Origin: Macrostomum lignano
Lineage: Eukaryota
Length of the DNA: 64,000 bases
Reading direction: 5' to 3'
Assembly: GCA_002269645.1 (NCBI GenBank)
Contig: NIVC01000236.1
Span: forward strand, 526,882-590,881
The notes beneath the pieces were generated by a model. It did not search any database. It was given only the letters and a program-made list of their open reading frames with translations, and was not told where the DNA came from. Each line of letters begins with the position of its first letter. Within the stretch, counting starts at the first letter, position 1. This document shows, in pieces, positions 13,439 to 26,470 of the stretch. Position numbers and translations under genes: made by a program.

Positions 13439-14170
13439 TCAGGGCGTGTCGGGCCTCTTGCCGAACCTGAAATTTTTTCATTTTTGAGTGGTATGGAAGC
13501 GGTGCGCGACAGTTGCTGAGGATTCTAAAGCTTTTCCTTTAAAAGGAAACGTGGAAACGTGGCTGCCAAAAAGGTTTCGAGCATTGATCAGAAAAATCTA
13601 AATGTAAAAAGCGATGCTCTTTGAGTTGCTCGCCTCTGCTTCTGGCATGAATGCTCATGTTTAGCGAACATTATAAAAACAGCAAAGCAGCAATTTTTCC
13701 ATTGTCTCCGACTGAAACAATGTCTATAGTAGGTTTTTTGCATTTTCCATAAAATCGTCTTTCTATATTGCGGGGCTGGCACTGCTGTGACAATCTGTCT
13801 ATGGGGAACACTTCAGGGACTCTCTGGTCCATCTGGAAGCTTACTACTTCAAGAGCGCTGCTATCAAGACAGTTTTACTTCACCCCTCAACAGCTGTGCT
13901 TCACGTACTGCAACCACAAGTGCACTTCTGATTTCTCACACAAACAGTGGCTCACCTGGGCCGGGCGATGAGGGTCATGTAGCCGCGCAGGTTCTGCAGG
14001 TATTCCTTGATCCAAGACGGCTTTTCCAGAGGGGGCTGCTGCTCGCGCTTACCAACGGGAGCTTCTTCTGAGGCCGGGCTGGCCGCGCCGCCCGAGGCCT
14101 GCAGCAGCACCAGCAGGTGCACGAGTCCCAGCAAGATTAGGGCCTTGGTATGGGCTGTCACTACCGGCAT
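13439..14170 (-). CDS. npf: Neuropeptide F/Y precursor. Exons 14170-13956 and 13466-13439
   Basis: MPVVTAHTKALILLGLVHLLVLLQASGGAASPASEEAPVGKREQQPPLEKPSWIKEYLQNLRGYMTLIARPR|FGKRPDTP*. It has a signal peptide, Tyr at positions 10 and 17 from the amidated end, RPRF-GKR, and the NPY-family phase-2 intron inside the Arg codon before Phe. Confidence 0.93.
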
Positions 14171-14269
14171 TGCTTGGCAAGTTTCTTTAGTTGACTCTTG
14201 ACGGGAGAGGGTTCAAACTTGACTCTGAGCTGTTGCTCTGCTGTAAGGCTGCAGTTCGGAGGCCAGCAG

Positions 14270-14350
14270 CGGCAGGATCGGGTCGCACAGGCATTTAAAA
14301 CCTGCGCCCCCCCCCACCACTCCATAGGCTTTTGCGCAGCCAATAAGAAA
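14270..14350 (-). promoter_or_regulatory. Candidate NPF promoter
   Basis: CCAAT box, G-rich tract and TTTTAAAT TATA-like element about 125-175 bp upstream of the NPF ATG. Confidence 0.3.
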
Positions 14351-15053
14351 TGCTCGATACAATGATTTACTGTGTGAAGCATTTCAGCTTTGCTTCCTTA
14401 ATTTCCCTACTGCAGAGAGCAGCTAGCTTGAGAAATCATTGATAGACCTGACTTAGCTAATTGTTCGAATTTGAGTAGAGACAGTGGCTCACGAACTCCT
14501 ACAGACTTGAACTCCTCTGGATTGGTATGGCCAGTTTAACTGTCTGCAGTTTTAATCCCACAGGGATGAGATGAGCTTTCGTTTGCTATACAGCCCGGCC
14601 ATCAACCGAAGCCGTCTTCTCCACCTTGAGCCCTACCAGTGCGGCTTGTTTTGCAATTAACAAAATTACATTTGTTTTTTAAATTCTAGAAAATTCTATC
14701 TTCTCTCAGAATTTTGAAGCCGACACGCTCGTCTGTTGCTCCAGTCGAAATAACATCTGCATGGGCTCGAATGCCTGATGAAATGCAATCAGTTTAATTG
14801 GAAGACCGACACACTTAGCCAACTGAACTATACATCAGACTGCCACGCATTTTCCCTTCTTGCCAATCAGCACGCCCACGCACTCTGAGCTCACTGCGGA
14901 TACTCATTTGCCAGCAGATTTTCAAGAGAATTGTCGCGCCATGTGGCTTAACAACGCAGCTATGAATGAGACCTGCATGCGGGCGGCTTGAAATGAGAAT
15001 AAGCAACTGTCATTCCTTTTGTTTTGCTTTCAATATCTTTTCTTCTTAATCTA

Positions 15054-18000
15054 TCACTTTGAGCTTTCTGACAATGGCAGAAGAAATTCGAGGGCTCTCA
15101 GCAATCTATCTGAGATGCGAGCGAGATTCAAATTCAGATTTGTCAATTCATTTGTAATTAATTAAACATGTTTAAGCATAGAATACAGGTGTAGCTCGTA
15201 GCCTCGAACCACTGTGAAACTAGCTTGAATATGAGTAGTGTTTGAGCAGCGCACAGGTCGAGTGCCGAATTCAAAGACACCAAGTAGTCAGGGTGCCAGA
15301 AGCAAAACAGCGATTTTGTGTGCTTCGTGTAGTCTGAAAAAGAAAATGGTTGCTCAGATTTATTTCTGTGCCAAGGACAACTTGATAACTCAGGACCGGA
15401 AACGAGCCAATTCATGGCGAAAAAAGTATGAGGCTCGTTTAAAAGCATTGTTCTATGGCCCATCCAAAGCTACGAAAGCGAAGAAATCTGAGCTGAAAAT
15501 TGAACTCTTCGCATGCACTTGCAATTGAGAAAGAGAACTTTTATTCTCGCTGAAACTAAATATCATGCCGAGAAAATGCAGCGTCATTTTTTGTTGTGCA
15601 AACTACAATAGTAACCGTGATCGGAATTTTGCAGTATTTTCGTTTCCTAAGGATGTAACTGAACGAGAGGCTTGGCGGCTGTCACTGCCTAATCAACTGA
15701 CGGTAAGACTTTCTTCAAATGTGCTTTGTGAATCAGATTTAGCCTGGCCACATGAATTCATTAGCAATTTTGTTGTTGTTTAGACCGTGACAGACTACAT
15801 GGGCGTGTGTGCTAAGCACTGGCCTCAAGATGCACCAATGATAAAGGGAAGAAATGAAAGGCCGCTACATGGTTCTGCGGGTTTTCGTTTCACCAAACTA
15901 TTCCGTGCGATGGTTTCGGTTACACTCACCAGTTGCGGCTTGAGATCTGCTTGGATTTCAACCAACATTAAAGTATTGGTCGCAACTTGAAGCTATCATA
16001 AATCGTTGTAAAAACTCTACAGTGGACGTCGAAAGTGAGGTGAGGGCATTATCTAAGAACCTTTCTATTGCCTTTAACCACGATGGAGTTGTACCGGACA
16101 CATCGGTTACATTCATCCTGAAGCTACTCGAGTTCGCCACAACGCACCCAAACAATCGACGATACGACATTGCCACTATGCGCCAATCTGCTTTGCTTTA
16201 CCTGATTAGCAGTTCTGCATACGCGCATGCACAGACGCTCCTTCCTTTGCCCCACCAACGCACATTACGCACTCAGTTGGCTGGTCTAGGAGAGATTGGC
16301 ACTGAAAAGGATGCACACGAGATCGTAAAGGTCGCATTTGCCAAACTGAAACCGCAGCAGAAGTCTTGTGTGTTGATTTCCGATGAAATGTATGTCCAGC
16401 CATCGATTCGCTATCGGTGCCAACATCTGCTCGGCCAAGCGTCAGACAATCATAACAAAACTGCTCGAACAGTGCTCGCAATAATGTTGAAGCCATTGTT
16501 CGGCGGTAAGCCATTTGTTCTAAGGCTGATACCGATTTTTCTTCTTTCCGCCGACTTTTTGTACCATCAGCTTCGAAAGTGCATTCAACTCGTCAATCAA
16601 CATGGAGGCCTCGTTGTAGCGCTTGTGTGTGACAACCATCCCACAAACAGAAAGTGCTTCTCGATGTTTGCTGCTCAACAGACAAAACCTTGGATCGGCA
16701 AATCTGAATCACAGGAGTCTACTTTCTTTTTGCTCCATGATGTTGTACACCTTTTGAAGTCAATTCGGAACAATTGGCAGTCTGAGTCTGATGGAATGCT
16801 AACCATTCGTTTGCCCAAGTCTACAACAGTCGTCACGGCTAAGTGGTCAGACATTGTAGAACTGTATAAATCTGAAGCAGATCACATTGTTAAGCGTACA
16901 GGCATTACATACGAAGCGTGTTTCCCAACAAATGTCCAAAAGACTAAAGTCAATTTAGCTCTTCAAGTTTTCTGCGACAACGTTGCTGCCGCCCTAAAAT
17001 GCGACGGGAAGAATGGAACAGCTGCATTCATTGACGTTATTTCAAAATTCTGGAAAATTGTGAACTGCAAGAACCCGCATCTTCATGTTAGACTTAATGA
17101 CCCAGACAGACGGGCTGTCTATTCAGTTCAAGATCCAAACATCAAGTTCCTGCGCGCGCTTTGCGAATCGATTGAGGAGATGCGCAGTGGAAAGGGAAGA
17201 ACAAGACACCAATCTCTGACGTCAGAGACGAAGAGGTCATTAGCTTACACTATTCATGCAATCATAGAACTATGCGAACGACTGCTCTGCGAATCTGGTG
17301 CAACGTACATTCTCATAGCGGAGTTGCAAAGTGATCCTCTGGAAGCAGAATTTGGTGTTTATCGCCAAATGAGCGGAGGCAATTACTTTATCTCAGTAGA
17401 GCAAGTTCTTCTCAGCGCTCGACTCCGACGAATGAAACTCTACACAGTGTTAGAGCTGGATGGATTCGTGCACAACAAAGGACTTTGCTGCGACACGCCC
17501 CTTTCAGACGAAGAACTTTCGACGCTCGATGACTGCTACGTCAAAGCTGAGAGCCTATCAATTGCCGAAAAGGCATCTGTTTATTATATATCAGGTAAGG
17601 CATGCATTTGTGTTACTTGAACTTGGATGGAAATAACGATTGCTGAGGCGAAGGACAACTGAGGCATAATAATAACATTTCAGGCTACATAACGTTTAAG
17701 GAGAAAATTACCTGTGATGATCCTGCCGAAAATTTAAACACCCCACTCGGTGAATTCACTGAAATGATTTCCCGGGGAAAGTTGAAGCACCCGCCAAAGT
17801 GGCTGTTCAATTTTGCTTGCCTTTGTTTCGGATGCTTCATTTCGCTGCGATCACCGTCATGTGCTTTGCGAGTGCGCAAATTGTTTTCTGCCGTTGGCGA
17901 GTTTTACTTCCCTGAAGCAGATGTTCTGGGATGCTGCGTGCGCCTCACCAACTGTTTCTTCAAGGGTTATGTTCAACGAGGAGCAAAGAGCGCTCCTTCA

Positions 18001-18694
18001 CCGGATAAAGTGCACGATAGAAAAATACTGAAGCTGAGTGGACAGTGAGCGAACCTGGAGCAAACACTTCACTATTTATCATAGTCAGCTCTTGTCCCGT
18101 TCTGTGACTGTTATTTTCCTCTCTGTTTGTAGTTCAGATGAAGAAAAAATCGTAAATTTTTCTCGAGTTTCCTTATACATGTGCTGTGTGTACAGCTTTC
18201 CCATTGTGTATTTTCACGACGGTTACTTTATGTAATAAAAATATTCAACATTTAAGAAAACCGACCCTGCACCCGCCTTCTGACTGCCTATCAAAAAGTC
18301 AAATATGATACGAGTATGCATTGGCAACTGAAAGCATGCGCATACGGATGGGCCATAGAACAATGCTTTTAAACGAGCCTCATACTTTTTTCGCCATGAA
18401 TTGGCTCGTTTCCGGTCCTGAGTTATCAAGTTGTCCTTGGATACAGATTAAATCTTAGTGATTAGCAATCTGTAGAACTCAGCAGTATTTTTTTAATTTT
18501 TTGGTCTTCAATGATATGTTTTCAAAGCCTAATTGTCTCGAGTAACTTGTGACTGTGAATCTACCTTCGACAAAGGACACGCATGTACTTGCTATATTCC
18601 CGATAACCTTCAGCAGCATCCGCAATTCTTTGTAGAAGTTGCGGGCCGCGTCTCTTTGGCAACGCCCTCTTTCTGATAGGAATTCAGAGTTCCT
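15054..18694 (-). CDS. 3' exons of an unidentified gene: 18694-18565, 15333-15187, 15109-15054
   Basis: Three GT-AG exons in compatible phases (1, 1) giving RNSEFLSERGRCQRDAARNFYKELRMLLKVIGNIASTCVSFVEDYTKHTKSLFCFWHPDYLVSLNSALDLCAAQTLLIFKLVSQWFEATSYTYRLLRALEFLLPLSESSK*. No family recognised. Confidence 0.5.
15372..18439 (+). mobile_element. P-like (THAP9-type) DNA transposon P1, defective
   Basis: Perfect 94-bp TIRs (15372-15465 and 18346-18439) starting CAAGGACAAC. THAP exon 15565-15702 (MPRKCSVIFCC), VCAKHW in the next exon, and transposase motifs CVLISDEMYV, CDNHPTNRK, DVVHLLKSIRNNW, LQSDPLEAEFGVYRQMSGG. Internal deletion after the THAP domain and a TGA at 15941 where P2 has Arg. No TSD found. 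Confidence 0.92.
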
Positions 18695-19622
18695 CTGGTG
18701 AAGAACTCACAAGACTTGTTATAATGACATCTAAGGTGGGAGGTGTTGTCGTGATTTGATTGAAAGAAATTTCTCTCCACTGTATTGTTTAAATGCTTTT
18801 TCCCCCCATACTTCTACTATCAGTAAAGCACCAAATATAAGATTAATATAAATAACTTTATTCGCATAATGTTCCGCTATTTCTACTGTAAGTAAAGTAT
18901 TGAATATAATGGAATGCTGCTCGTATGTATAGTAATTATATCTGCATTCTCTGTGAAAGTAATTCATGGCCTCCACAGATATGGATGTACTGGAGCGTCT
19001 ACAACCACAAAAAACTACTAGAGTACTGTTTACATGTACAGGGCCGGCCTTGACAACTGGGTCCTCTGAGCGGCAAACCGAGAAAGAGAAAGAAACAAAG
19101 GGCAATGTGGCTCCCTAATTGCAATGAGCCCGCTTAAGACAAACACAAGCAAACTGCAATCCGGCACTGAAAGAAGATTATCGAAATTGCGGCTCAAGCC
19201 ATCGATACCGCTCTTGCTGCGTCTCTCGGTGTAGTTATGAAATTCTATTAGTTGAAGATATTGTTTTGTACTTTCTCGGCGGTGCGTGAACTATTAGGTT
19301 AAGTAGCATCAGTCTGAGCCAGCGACGCTTTGATTGGGTAGCAGGGATTTGCCCCCGCATGTACTCAAATTTCTCTCGCATGCTGATTGGTTGGAAAACT
19401 TTACAGCAGCCGTTTTCTGTCTTCTCGCCACGTTTTTTGATGCGTGACTGCCTGTTCGCGCTGTGTAGTGTGAGCATCTTTTGCGTATTCTATTAGTTAG
19501 GTTTTGCATTATTGTTATTGAATTGTTATTTTGCTTTAGTTTAGTCATACGTTTTTGGTGTACTTTTTCCTTGTTAGTTAGAATCAATTTTGCGTAAACA
19601 GGTTAGAGTTAGACGCCAAATT

Positions 19623-20281
19623 TGTGACTCAGCGGAGGGTTGAGTTTGTCTGCGAACCCCAGCTTTGCGCGGCCAGCCAATCAGAACCGGCCTGGACCCT
19701 GGCACGCGGCAAGTTTCAATTCTACCCGGCGCCGCGGGCACAGTGCAAGTCGGCTTAAGCAAGCGGCCGGCCAGACGACCACCACCCGGCTTGAGGGGGG
19801 GGTTTTGAGGGGTTGTGACTCTGACTATATATGAAAGTGTATCTGGCAATCGGATCTCACTTCTCTCTCTCTTTCCCCGGTTTTGTCTTGTCCAGCTTCC
19901 CGGCCGGTGGCCTGTTCCCTTTGGTTCGCGCTTTGAGGCGTTTTGATTCATCACCCCGGTCCATAGCTTTGTCCCCCGCCCAACCGCTTCAGCCTTGTAG
20001 CGTAACGATTCGGCATTCCTGTCTGAAGTCGTCGCTGTCAAGCGCGGTTAGATAGAGACTGTCGGATCTGATCAAGTACGCGGCCTCGACCCCGAGGGCC
20101 TCAGTGTTACACTGAAGGGCAGTGCCGATAGAATTTAGTCGGTACTCCGTTGAACGGTCGATTCGGCAGGGCTCTCGTTTGAGAGTAGGTTCTGGCTTAG
20201 GCCAGGGGTTAGGAGTCTTCTCCGTGGTCCTGTGTTCGGTGCCTCCTTCTCCTTCTTCTTCAAGCTGAGATCCGCTTGTCA
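19623..20281. mobile_element. LTR-like segment (TG...CA)
   Basis: Begins TGTGAC and ends TGTCA, with an internal TATATATGAAA and a CT-rich tract, next to a Gypsy fragment. No TSD seen. Confidence 0.35.
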
Positions 20282-20699
20282 GTGCGTAATATAATCATTA
20301 TTATTATAATAATATTACATTATTATAATCATTAATATAATCATAATCATTATCATTATGTTTTTTGGCTATTTACTGTTCTCAAGGGCTGACATCTTAC
20401 GCTCTGCAAGTGAGACAAAAACGCTCCGACAGGGCAGAGTCCCAGAGCTGAGACACAGCGCGCCTTGAATAGAGAACGCCCCCCGCCAGCAACTTCAGTA
20501 GAACAAAGACACTCAGTAGAACAAAGTCGATCGAGTGGAGTTCGAACTCGAATCGGGTAGCGCCACCAGCGCTCGCCTCGGTTGCCGGTGGCGCGGTCGG
20601 CGCGCTCTCTGCGGCTGCAGTTCCCGTCGAGACAGCCAGCGGGGTGGCGCTGGCGGATGGCTGGAAAGTCTCGGCACGTCCAGCAAGTGCTGCTAGCAG

Positions 20700-21620
20700 C
20701 TGGCCAGTGTGCCGAGTTTGCACGATGGGCCCAGAGCCGACAGTGCAATGGTGGTCACCGCGGCGATGTCGATGACGACCTCAGCCCAGCGACTGCTTTC
20801 CACTGCTGTGGCTGAAGAAACTGAAGTCTTGATAGAGCAGGCGGTCGCTGATTTGGAACTGGCAGGCCGCCCTCTGCTGCTCAAGTCGCTGCTCCTGCCG
20901 CTGTTGCACGGCGCTGGTCAGTGATGGCACCAGGAGACCCAAACGTCGGCTGGAAGCAGAGACTCTGACACTGTGTGGCGCATTGTAGTAGGCCAACAGC
21001 AGACGTTGGAGCTCCGCTTCGGAGTGGCCGCTCTTGCTCAGCTGCCGCTTCAGGACGGCCCGGCTGTTGGTCACCCGATGGAACGGCGCCGAAAATGCGT
21101 GCTGGATGCCGTTGGACTTGACGAACTCGGGGAACCCGGGGCGAATCGCGGCCCATTATCGGACACCAGAACTCTTGGCAGACCGAGGCGAGCAAAGATC
21201 TCTCTCATGCAGGTACTTGTGGCAGCTGCTATGCATGCGCTGGACCTCCATCCACTGCCAGTGCGCATCCACCAGAACCAGGTTGCTGTAGCCGTCCACA
21301 GGTCCCGCAAAGTCGATGGGCAGCCACTTCGATGGCTCGACTGGAGACTCGACCGGGTCCACTTGATTGAGCTGGCATGGATGTGCGACAGGCCTTGACC
21401 GCAGTCTTCAGGGCCTTGTCGATGTTCCACCACCAGACGTAGCTCTGGGCTAGTGCACGCATCCGGCTGATGCCAAGGCGGTCGTGAAGCTCGCTAAGCA
21501 CAAGCTCTCCAATGCTGTCAGAATTGCGGCTCTGGTGCCCCACAGAAAGCAGCCTTGGTTGCCAGCAGCTGAGGTTGACTCCCGAGTGACGTACAGCAGC
21601 TTTGGAGAGACGGTTCGCAC
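20700..21620 (-). mobile_element. Gypsy integrase remnant, frameshifted
   Basis: ELHDRLGISRMRALAQSYVWWWNIDK, IDFAGPVDGYSNLVLVDAH, LGLPRVLVSDNGPRF, LLAYYNAPH. Confidence 0.85.
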
Positions 21621-22365
21621 AACTAAAAAAGTTGAGCTGGCACCTGAACCATGGCGATCGAACCTCTGACGAAAAACAGGATCAAAAACAGACCAAAATC
21701 GTAAGGGAAAGTGCGAGGGATGCAGGAGAAAAATTAGTAGAAAATGAATTGTCAAACGAGATCAACAGATCGATAATCCCTTAAAAACATCGACAAAGGC
21801 GCGGGAAAATGTATAGTGCGCTCGTAAATTCATCAACAGTTTACAAAAGGCTTTCAAGCTGCAAAACTCTCATGATTTATGAATTCAAACACAAGGCTCA
21901 GGCTATAATATAGCCGAGGCGCCAAAGAGTCAAAACCACCGAACTGAGCACCAGGGTCGAAGCAAGGGCTTCTAGCTGACTATAAAAGATTTACACCATT
22001 CTACAGTAGAGCTAATTAATGCGTATTTTTTTCAATCTTGTTTTGATTCTCTGAATTTCACACCGCGTTGAAACTAAAGTTGGTACATCGCGTACGAAAT
22101 CAAGGATTGAGCGCATACATGTATGCAATTGCATCGATTGTTGTGGGCCCCGACGATCGGGCTTCTATCGTTACTACACGTTTGTCAACCGGCAGTTTCA
22201 ACTGATGACCCATATTATTGTACATGAATAATTAAACACTTACTTTGTCCCTTTCAAGCGCCTGAATATCTATGAGCTGCAGTATCTGACCTCACTCGTA
22301 GATAAATGTATGTACCGATCTCAACACAACTGATTGTTCTGTAAGATTCTGGATTTGACCCCACG

Positions 22366-25300
22366 CAGGGACAACTAAAACCCTCGGGACGCGAAACGAG
22401 CCAATTCATGGCAAAAAATCTGAGGGGCTCGCTTAAAAGTATTGTTCTATGGCTTTTTCAAGTCTTCTCTGCTATCAGGCATTAACGGTTAGATTAAATA
22501 GTAAAGCGAGGCAATGTCGAGTATTTAATTTAAAGAATAGGAACCAGTGATATAATTACAATGTAATTTACAATAAAGTAACCGCCATATCAACAAAAAA
22601 CTCCAACGGCAAGAAGATAAAAGATGAAAGCAAAGATATAACTCCAACGGCAAGAAGATAAAAGATGAAAGCAAAGATATAACTCCACCGGCAAGAAGAT
22701 AAAGGATGAAAGCGAAGATGAAACTCCAACGGCAAGAAAATAGAAGCAAATACGGAACTCCAAGGACAAGACGACACAAACAGTCAGTAGCTCGTACATA
22801 AAGGTAACGCTGGAACTTCACCTACTGAGCATCTAACTTCCGAAGCTTTCTATCATGGGATGTCGTCGGTATTGGTGGGAGTTTTGACGAGCGTCTTACT
22901 AGTCCTTTGAAAAAAACGTTGGCTAGCCGACGGGACACTGTCCATGCTGAACTGTGTCTTAGTTGGAAAGTAAAAGTCCTTAATAACATAAAACAGCTTC
23001 TGCACGCGAGTTGCGCACGTAGGAGAGTGCAGAATAAAACTGCTGTAGCAGAGACAGGATAAGTCTAACAGCCATTGTGGAGGATGACAAAGCTTTCCGC
23101 GAGATAACTCTTCAGTGAATTCGCTGGCTGGAATGCTCGTCTCTGATATCAAATCTGTTCCTTTGATGCCTGCCTTCTTTAGTCGCTGTATAACCTGTCA
23201 ATTTCCAATTAAGCACGGTTTGAATTGTTTTTTATGAGATTGTGTAAAACCTCGTTGTGAATTAAATTTTAATTAATATCCAGCTTACCTGCGATATAGT
23301 GTAGAGCGAAGCCATCTCCGAAATGGAAAGCTCCTCTGATTTAGCGGCACAATTATCAATGGTCGCCAGTTCAATTTCATTCAGCTGTTCATTGCAACAT
23401 TTGCTCCGATCGTGCTTGTAGTCTGCTAATTCAAGGGATGCCAATAATTTCATTCGTCGGAGTCGAGCACTGAGCAGCACTTGCTCCACAGATACATAGT
23501 AGTTGCCGCCGCTCATTTGGCGATATACGCCAGCCAGCCAGCAGAACGTAGCTGATTCGTGGGTCGGACAAAAGAACCTCACACATCTCACAGGCTCCGC
23601 GCAGTGAGTTTACTAGCGCTGACTTGGTCTCGGGCGTCAATGAATGATGGCGAGCTCGGCCTTTTCCACAATGTGTCGAATCAAACGAATCCGCGAGCGC
23701 GCTAAGAAATTGTATGCTTTCATCTTGAACGGAATAGACTGGTCGCCTGTCCGGATCCCGTAGTCGTGCGTGTAGATCAGGATTTTTACAATTGACAATT
23801 TTCCAGAATCTCACTATGGTTTTGATAAATTCCGCAGTGTCTGAGTATCCATCACACTTCAATGCAGCGGCAACCCTTTCATCGAGAACTTGGAGAGCGA
23901 GACTGACTTTAGTTTTCTGAGTGCTTGTGGGATAACAGGCCTCATGAGTTAGACATGTGCGCTTGACTACGTGGTCTTTCTCCATTTGGTACAGGCGTAC
24001 CACGTCTGACCATTTAGCGGATATCTGTCTGTCAGCGCCAGGAGGTTGAATGCTTAGAATTCCATTCGCTTCCATTTGCCAATTGTTGCGAATGCATTTG
24101 ATAATGTGAACGAAATCGAACAGCATGAAGAATTCCGACTCCTGTGCAGCATCCGTTCCAATCCATGGCTTCTCTCTTCCATCGCTAAATAAAGCAAAAC
24201 ACTTGCGGTTGGTCGGGTGATTGTCGCTGACGAGAGCAACGACACGGCTACCGTTGTTGTTAATTGCTTTAATACATTGGCTGACGCATTTTCGCAGAAA
24301 CTCCGCAGACAAAATGTATGTCGGCAATAGTCGGACTACAAACAGTTTTCCACCAAGTAATGGCTTTACCATTATGGCCAAAATTGTCCTAGCAACCTGG
24401 TCCGGATCGAACATATTACGCAGTTTCGCTGAGCTCCTGATAGACTAGCAAAAACTGACTGGATCACATCGGCTGCGTCGGTTTCTGTGCCAACTTCTCC
24501 TGTACCTGCTAGTTGCAGCTGCAGCGTTCGGGGATGAGGCAATGGCAATAGCTTCCGTAGGTAAGAGTAAGCCGAACTACTGATCAAGTAGAGCAATGCT
24601 GACTGTCGCACTAGTGAAATGTCATAGCGGCGATTGTTCCGATTTACTAATGTAAGGCTAAGTTGTCGAATCAAAAACTGAAGCGACCGATCCAAATCAG
24701 AGTCAGAATCTATATCGTCACTGATTCTACTAACAAACGCTTCGACTTCACGTTGGGGATTGGCGTCGGAATTTTTGCACCGCACGACAACAGCATCCAG
24801 TTGCGACCAGCGCTTGAGTGTCGGTTGAAATCCCAACAAGTCTCGAACCGAAATCGGTGTATGCAGTTTGAATGCACGAATCAGAAAGTTGGGTGAGACA
24901 AAAATTCGAACAGACAGGTCTCCATCTTTATCTAACGTAAACAAGTAAACGTCTTCGTTCAGAATAGCTGTGTTCAGTGCATGTCGAGATACGACATCCG
25001 AATTTTTCACCTCAGCTCGAAAACTTTCCCATGCCGGCAAAAAATCAAGCAGCTGAAAAGCGTCCATCTCATCGATGTCGCTGCACCTCGCGTCAGAAAG
25101 AACACCGCGCTTTTCGGCCTGTCGGTCTTGGTCTAAAATAAGAGTAAAAATAAAAGTAAGATAATTGTGAGCGGCAAAATCGATATAGACGCTAAGTGTT
25201 GAGCAATCTTTAAGTTACGTACCTTGGTTCTGAACAAAACACGAGCTAGGAACTCCATTAAAAACAGAAGGAGGATTAATTGGCCTTTTGGTAGAGTTTT

Positions 25301-25800
25301 TCTTGACCATTGGAGCATCGCTTGGCCAATGCTTTACGCACACGCCCATATTGTCAGTCACTCTAAACTAATAAATTTTGGGTTTCAAGTTGTTTGGACG
25401 AGACTGGCATGCAGAATTGAAGCGGAATTATGCAGCAGTAATGACAGCAAATGATCTGGTTTCTTACCTGGAGAATATTTGGCAGCGCCTTTCTCCATCG
25501 CTCTCGCTCCTGTGGATCTCTGGGAAACGCAAATGTCCGTGTTCGAACGGCTTCAGAGTTGTAATTTGACGAGCACGGAAATACGCTGCACTTTCTTGGC
25601 ATTTCATCAAGTGAATAAAAAATGCTTCTCTTGATATAGTTCAGCTTAGCTTCACTGCTGGCCGCAGCTAAAGCAATTTTAATTTGCCTGATAGCAGAGA
25701 AGACTTGAAAAAGCCATAGAACAATACTTTTAAGCGAGCCCCTCAGATTTTTTGCCATGAATTGGCTCGTTTCGCGTCCCGAGGGTTTTAGTTGTCCCTG
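22366..25800 (-). mobile_element. P-like (THAP9-type) DNA transposon P2, defective
   Basis: 116-bp TIRs (22366-22481 and 25685-25800) starting CAGGGACAAC; 8-bp TSD ACCCCACG at 22358-22365 and 25801-25808; THAP MPRKCSVFPC..VCVKHW; transposase homologous to P1 with two small deletions in catalytic segments. Confidence 0.95.
22598..22762. repeat. 41-bp tandem repeat, about 4 copies, inside P2
   Basis: Unit AACTCCAACGGCAAGAAGATAAAAGATGAAAGCAAAGATAT; CTCC recurs at 22601, 22642, 22683 and 22724. Confidence 0.9.
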
Positions 25801-25939
25801 ACCCCACGCTGATGGCAAAGGGTCGGGGGTTGCAGCTAAGGGAACGCATTGCACCGAGTAACCTAAAGAAGGGACAACTTATAAGATCGACTCAACTCTT
25901 TGGTTTTTGCAATCTATTTTACCATTCTGTTAGACATTT

Positions 25940-26470
25940 GAGCCGTATGAATAAAGTGAGCAGTTACTCAAACTCAAACTCAATATTTTCAGAAATTCTC
26001 AGTTTGAGCATTTACTTCTGTCAGTATGAAAAATCGGATCATAAACTAAATTGCGAAGCATTTGCTCAAGATGCAGCGAGGCTGCCCTAGTCTGCCCTGC
26101 CCTAGTCACAGCAGACATTATAAGAAAAGCCTTCGGACATGGCAGAATCATGCCCAAAAAGGCCCCAGCGCGCCGCAAAAGCTATTTAGTTTTCATTCTC
26201 ACAAGCCACTCTCTTGGTATATAAGCTTCAGATGCATGTAAAGGTCAATAGAATAGAGTGGGAAGACGTTTTGTCTATGGTTTAAAGTGGCTGAGGATTT
26301 GCTCCATGGTCGCGGAGGAAATTCTCAGAGCTTGATCGAGGACTTTCTTTATTCATGTCCTCTTTGAGCATTTGCTCGTACTCGGAGAATATTTGGCCGT
26401 ATGAATAAAGTGAGTAGTTGCTCAAACTCGGCGAGATTCTCAAATCAGTATGAATAAAATGAGTGCGTCC
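25940..26470. repeat. Dispersed repeat with GCCGTATGAATAAAGTGAG motif
   Basis: Motif occurs at about 25944 and 26397, with an inverted relative at about 35900-35985. Confidence 0.55.
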
